IMG/VR virus record: IMGVR_UViG_3300037504_000611
Location: 1-53,700 of that record
DNA length: 53,700 bases
Source of the DNA: a virus
Lineage: Duplodnaviria > Caudoviricetes
Direction: 5' to 3' (one strand)
Shown: piece after piece, positions 51,960-53,700 of the stretch
Position numbering within the stretch: the stretch's first letter is position 1
Layout of the letters: every line of letters begins with the position of its first letter
The notes under the pieces: model-generated
The model's database searches: none
What the model saw: the letters and a program-made list of their open reading frames with translations, nothing else
What the model was told of the DNA's origin: nothing
Position numbers and translations under genes: made by a program

Positions 51960-53265
51960 GCAATGGCTACGCCAGCGATGGCGCAGCAGTAGTGGACTGG
52001 AACTCGCTCCCAGATCAGATGTGTCTCCTGAGCCAGCTTACGAGCCACGGGGCGCAGCGAAAGCCCTCCAAACCATTACCGCTCCCGAGGTAGTGGTAAG
52101 CGGCCCTGCCGGCACGGGCAAAAGCCGAGCCTGTTTACATAAGATACACACCGCAGCAAAACGGAACGCTCGTTTTCGCGGGCTAATTGTGCGGAAAACG
52201 CGCGAAAGCCTGTCGGAAACGGGGCTTTTTACGTTTGAAACTTATGTGCTTGGCAGAGAACACCCGCTCGTTATTGACGGCAAGCCGCAGCGGCGGTTTC
52301 GGCAGGTGTACAGCTATCCCAACGGGGCGCAAATCGTGGTGGGGGGACTGGACAAGCCGTCAAAAATCATGTCCACCGAGTACGATATTGTTTTCGTGCA
52401 GGAGGCAACCGAACTGCAAGAAAGGGACTGGCAGGCGTTGCTCACCAGGCTCCGCAATAATGCGCTGCCATACCAGCAACTAATAGCGGACTGTAATCCA
52501 GACGCTCCGACGCACTGGCTGTATTTGCGCTGCTTGTCCGATGCGGCGCAGCTCTTGCACAGTCACCACGAGGACAACCCGCGCCTGTATGACGATGGCG
52601 AGTGGACGCCTGAGGGCCGGGACTATCTCGCGAAACTGGACAGCCTGACAGGCACCGAGCATGAGCGCCTCCGGTGGGGCAAATGGGTGCAGGCCAGTGG
52701 GTTGGTCTATGATATGTGGTCTGACGACAATGTCACCGCCGATGCCGACTACACCCCCGGCGCTGGACCGGTTCTGTGGGGCGTTGACGATGGCATGCAG
52801 GGCGAACGCGATAGCACGGGCCTGTACACACTCAACAGCCACCCGCGCGTGTTTTTGCTGGCGCAACTCAGGCATGACGGTCGCCTGTGCATATTTGCAG
52901 AGCACCATACTATAAAAACACTGAGCGATACGCAATTGGGGGACGTGCTCGCATTGCCGTACCCGTTCCCGGATTATGCCGCCGTTGATAAATCGGCCTC
53001 TGATTTGCGCGCGCGGATGCATCAGGCGGGAGTTGAAACGCGCAACAGTCCGAGCAGTGTCGAGGAGAGCATTAAAACATTGCAGCATATGATTGCGCCT
53101 GACACAAACGACTGGCGGCGGGTGCTGGTGCATCCTCGTTGCAAACTGGTGCGACATGAGATGGTGTCGTATCAACGCCACCAGGCCACCGGGGCACCCA
53201 TCAAAAACAACGATCACGCTATGGATGCGCTGCGCTATCTGGCGTGGACTGTGAGGTATGATTGA
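51931..53265 (+). CDS. terL: Terminase large subunit (PBSX-like)
   Basis: SGPAGTGKS, VFVQEATE, DCNP, GVDDG, NDHAMDALRY. Confidence 0.92.
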   Translation: MPGTLTRQSRQWLRQRWRSSSGLELAPRSDVSPEPAYEPRGAAKALQTITAPEVVVSGPAGTGKSRACLHKIHTAAKRNARFRGLIVRKTRESLSETGLFTFETYVLGREHPLVIDGKPQRRFRQVYSYPNGAQIVVGGLDKPSKIMSTEYDIVFVQEATELQERDWQALLTRLRNNALPYQQLIADCNPDAPTHWLYLRCLSDAAQLLHSHHEDNPRLYDDGEWTPEGRDYLAKLDSLTGTEHERLRWGKWVQASGLVYDMWSDDNVTADADYTPGAGPVLWGVDDGMQGERDSTGLYTLNSHPRVFLLAQLRHDGRLCIFAEHHTIKTLSDTQLGDVLALPYPFPDYAAVDKSASDLRARMHQAGVETRNSPSSVEESIKTLQHMIAPDTNDWRRVLVHPRCKLVRHEMVSYQRHQATGAPIKNNDHAMDALRYLAWTVRYD

Positions 53266-53700
53266 CTGTAGAGGACATACAGAAACAGAGCGTCACCAGG
53301 CACGATAATGTGCTGCATTTTGTCCCCTGGTACGGGTATGGCTATGGGCGCGGAGGAGTGACGCTGCCCACATTTCCGCCCGAATACTGGAGTCGAGAGC
53401 GCGATGCTGTGTTACGCAGCACCGTGCATCATAGCGCGGTGTGGGGGAACGCCATAGCTATCGCTGTGTCAAAAATGGCCTCGTTGACCTGGCAGGTGGA
53501 GAGCGACCGACCGCTCCGGCGCAATCGGGCATATGACCTGCTGCATAGCGCGGGAGGCGGGGGCGGGTGGGTTGGGTTTCTTGCGAAACATCTGCGCGAT
53601 TTCCTGACCACTGACAACGGAGCGTTTGTCGAGATAGTCAGGTCAAGTTCTGCGCGTGGCTCTCGCATCATTGGACTGGTCCATCTGGACAGTATGCGAT
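53262..53700 (+). CDS. Portal protein, 5' part (continues at the window start)
   Basis: TTG start overlapping the TerL TGA; open frame MTVEDIQKQ...DNGAFVEIVR...LDSMR joins ORF 121..1107. Confidence 0.85.
   Translation, partial: MTVEDIQKQSVTRHDNVLHFVPWYGYGYGRGGVTLPTFPPEYWSRERDAVLRSTVHHSAVWGNAIAIAVSKMASLTWQVESDRPLRRNRAYDLLHSAGGGGGWVGFLAKHLRDFLTTDNGAFVEIVRSSSARGSRIIGLVHLDSMR
53574..53700. repeat. Terminal direct repeat, right copy
   Basis: Identical to 1-127. Confidence 0.95.

Noticed and set aside
53574-53700. Biological terminal repeat of the virion DNA
   Set aside because: It is exactly 127 nt and falls mid-portal, as expected for an assembler overlap; it shows circularity, not physical ends

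Overview
The window is almost certainly one complete, circularly assembled tailed-phage genome of about 53,573 bp. Bases 1-127 are repeated exactly at 53574-53700, and the portal ORF reads through the junction. The + strand arm from about 47.9 kb through the junction to 22.9 kb carries a holin-like gene, a ParB-methylase, TerS/TerL, portal, head genes, a glycosyltransferase cluster and a siphovirus-type tail. The - strand arm (22.9-44.2 kb) carries a ParM/ParR-like partition pair co-transcribed with a membrane FtsK/TraB-like ATPase, nucleotide and DNA-modification genes (dCTP deaminase, C5 and N6 methylases, a DndC-like PAPS reductase), and replication/recombination genes (primase-helicase with internal iterons, UvrD, RecT-like, RuvC, two KilA-N genes). 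A + strand block of small early genes lies at 44.4-47.9 kb. I found no integrase, no CI-like repressor and no intact endolysin, so a phage-plasmid lifestyle is inferred. Several protein types resemble those I associate with Chloroflexales (inference only). The most notable candidates are: (i) a virion-glycosylation module in which a triple glycosyltransferase is fused in frame to a nested, separately translatable small protein; (ii) a parM-parR-traB-like operon next to a truncated endolysin, suggesting non-lytic maintenance or spread; (iii) a consensus head-gene promoter with a (TA)8 tract in its spacer and an attenuator-like leader. All family calls come from motif recognition by eye; no searches were run.
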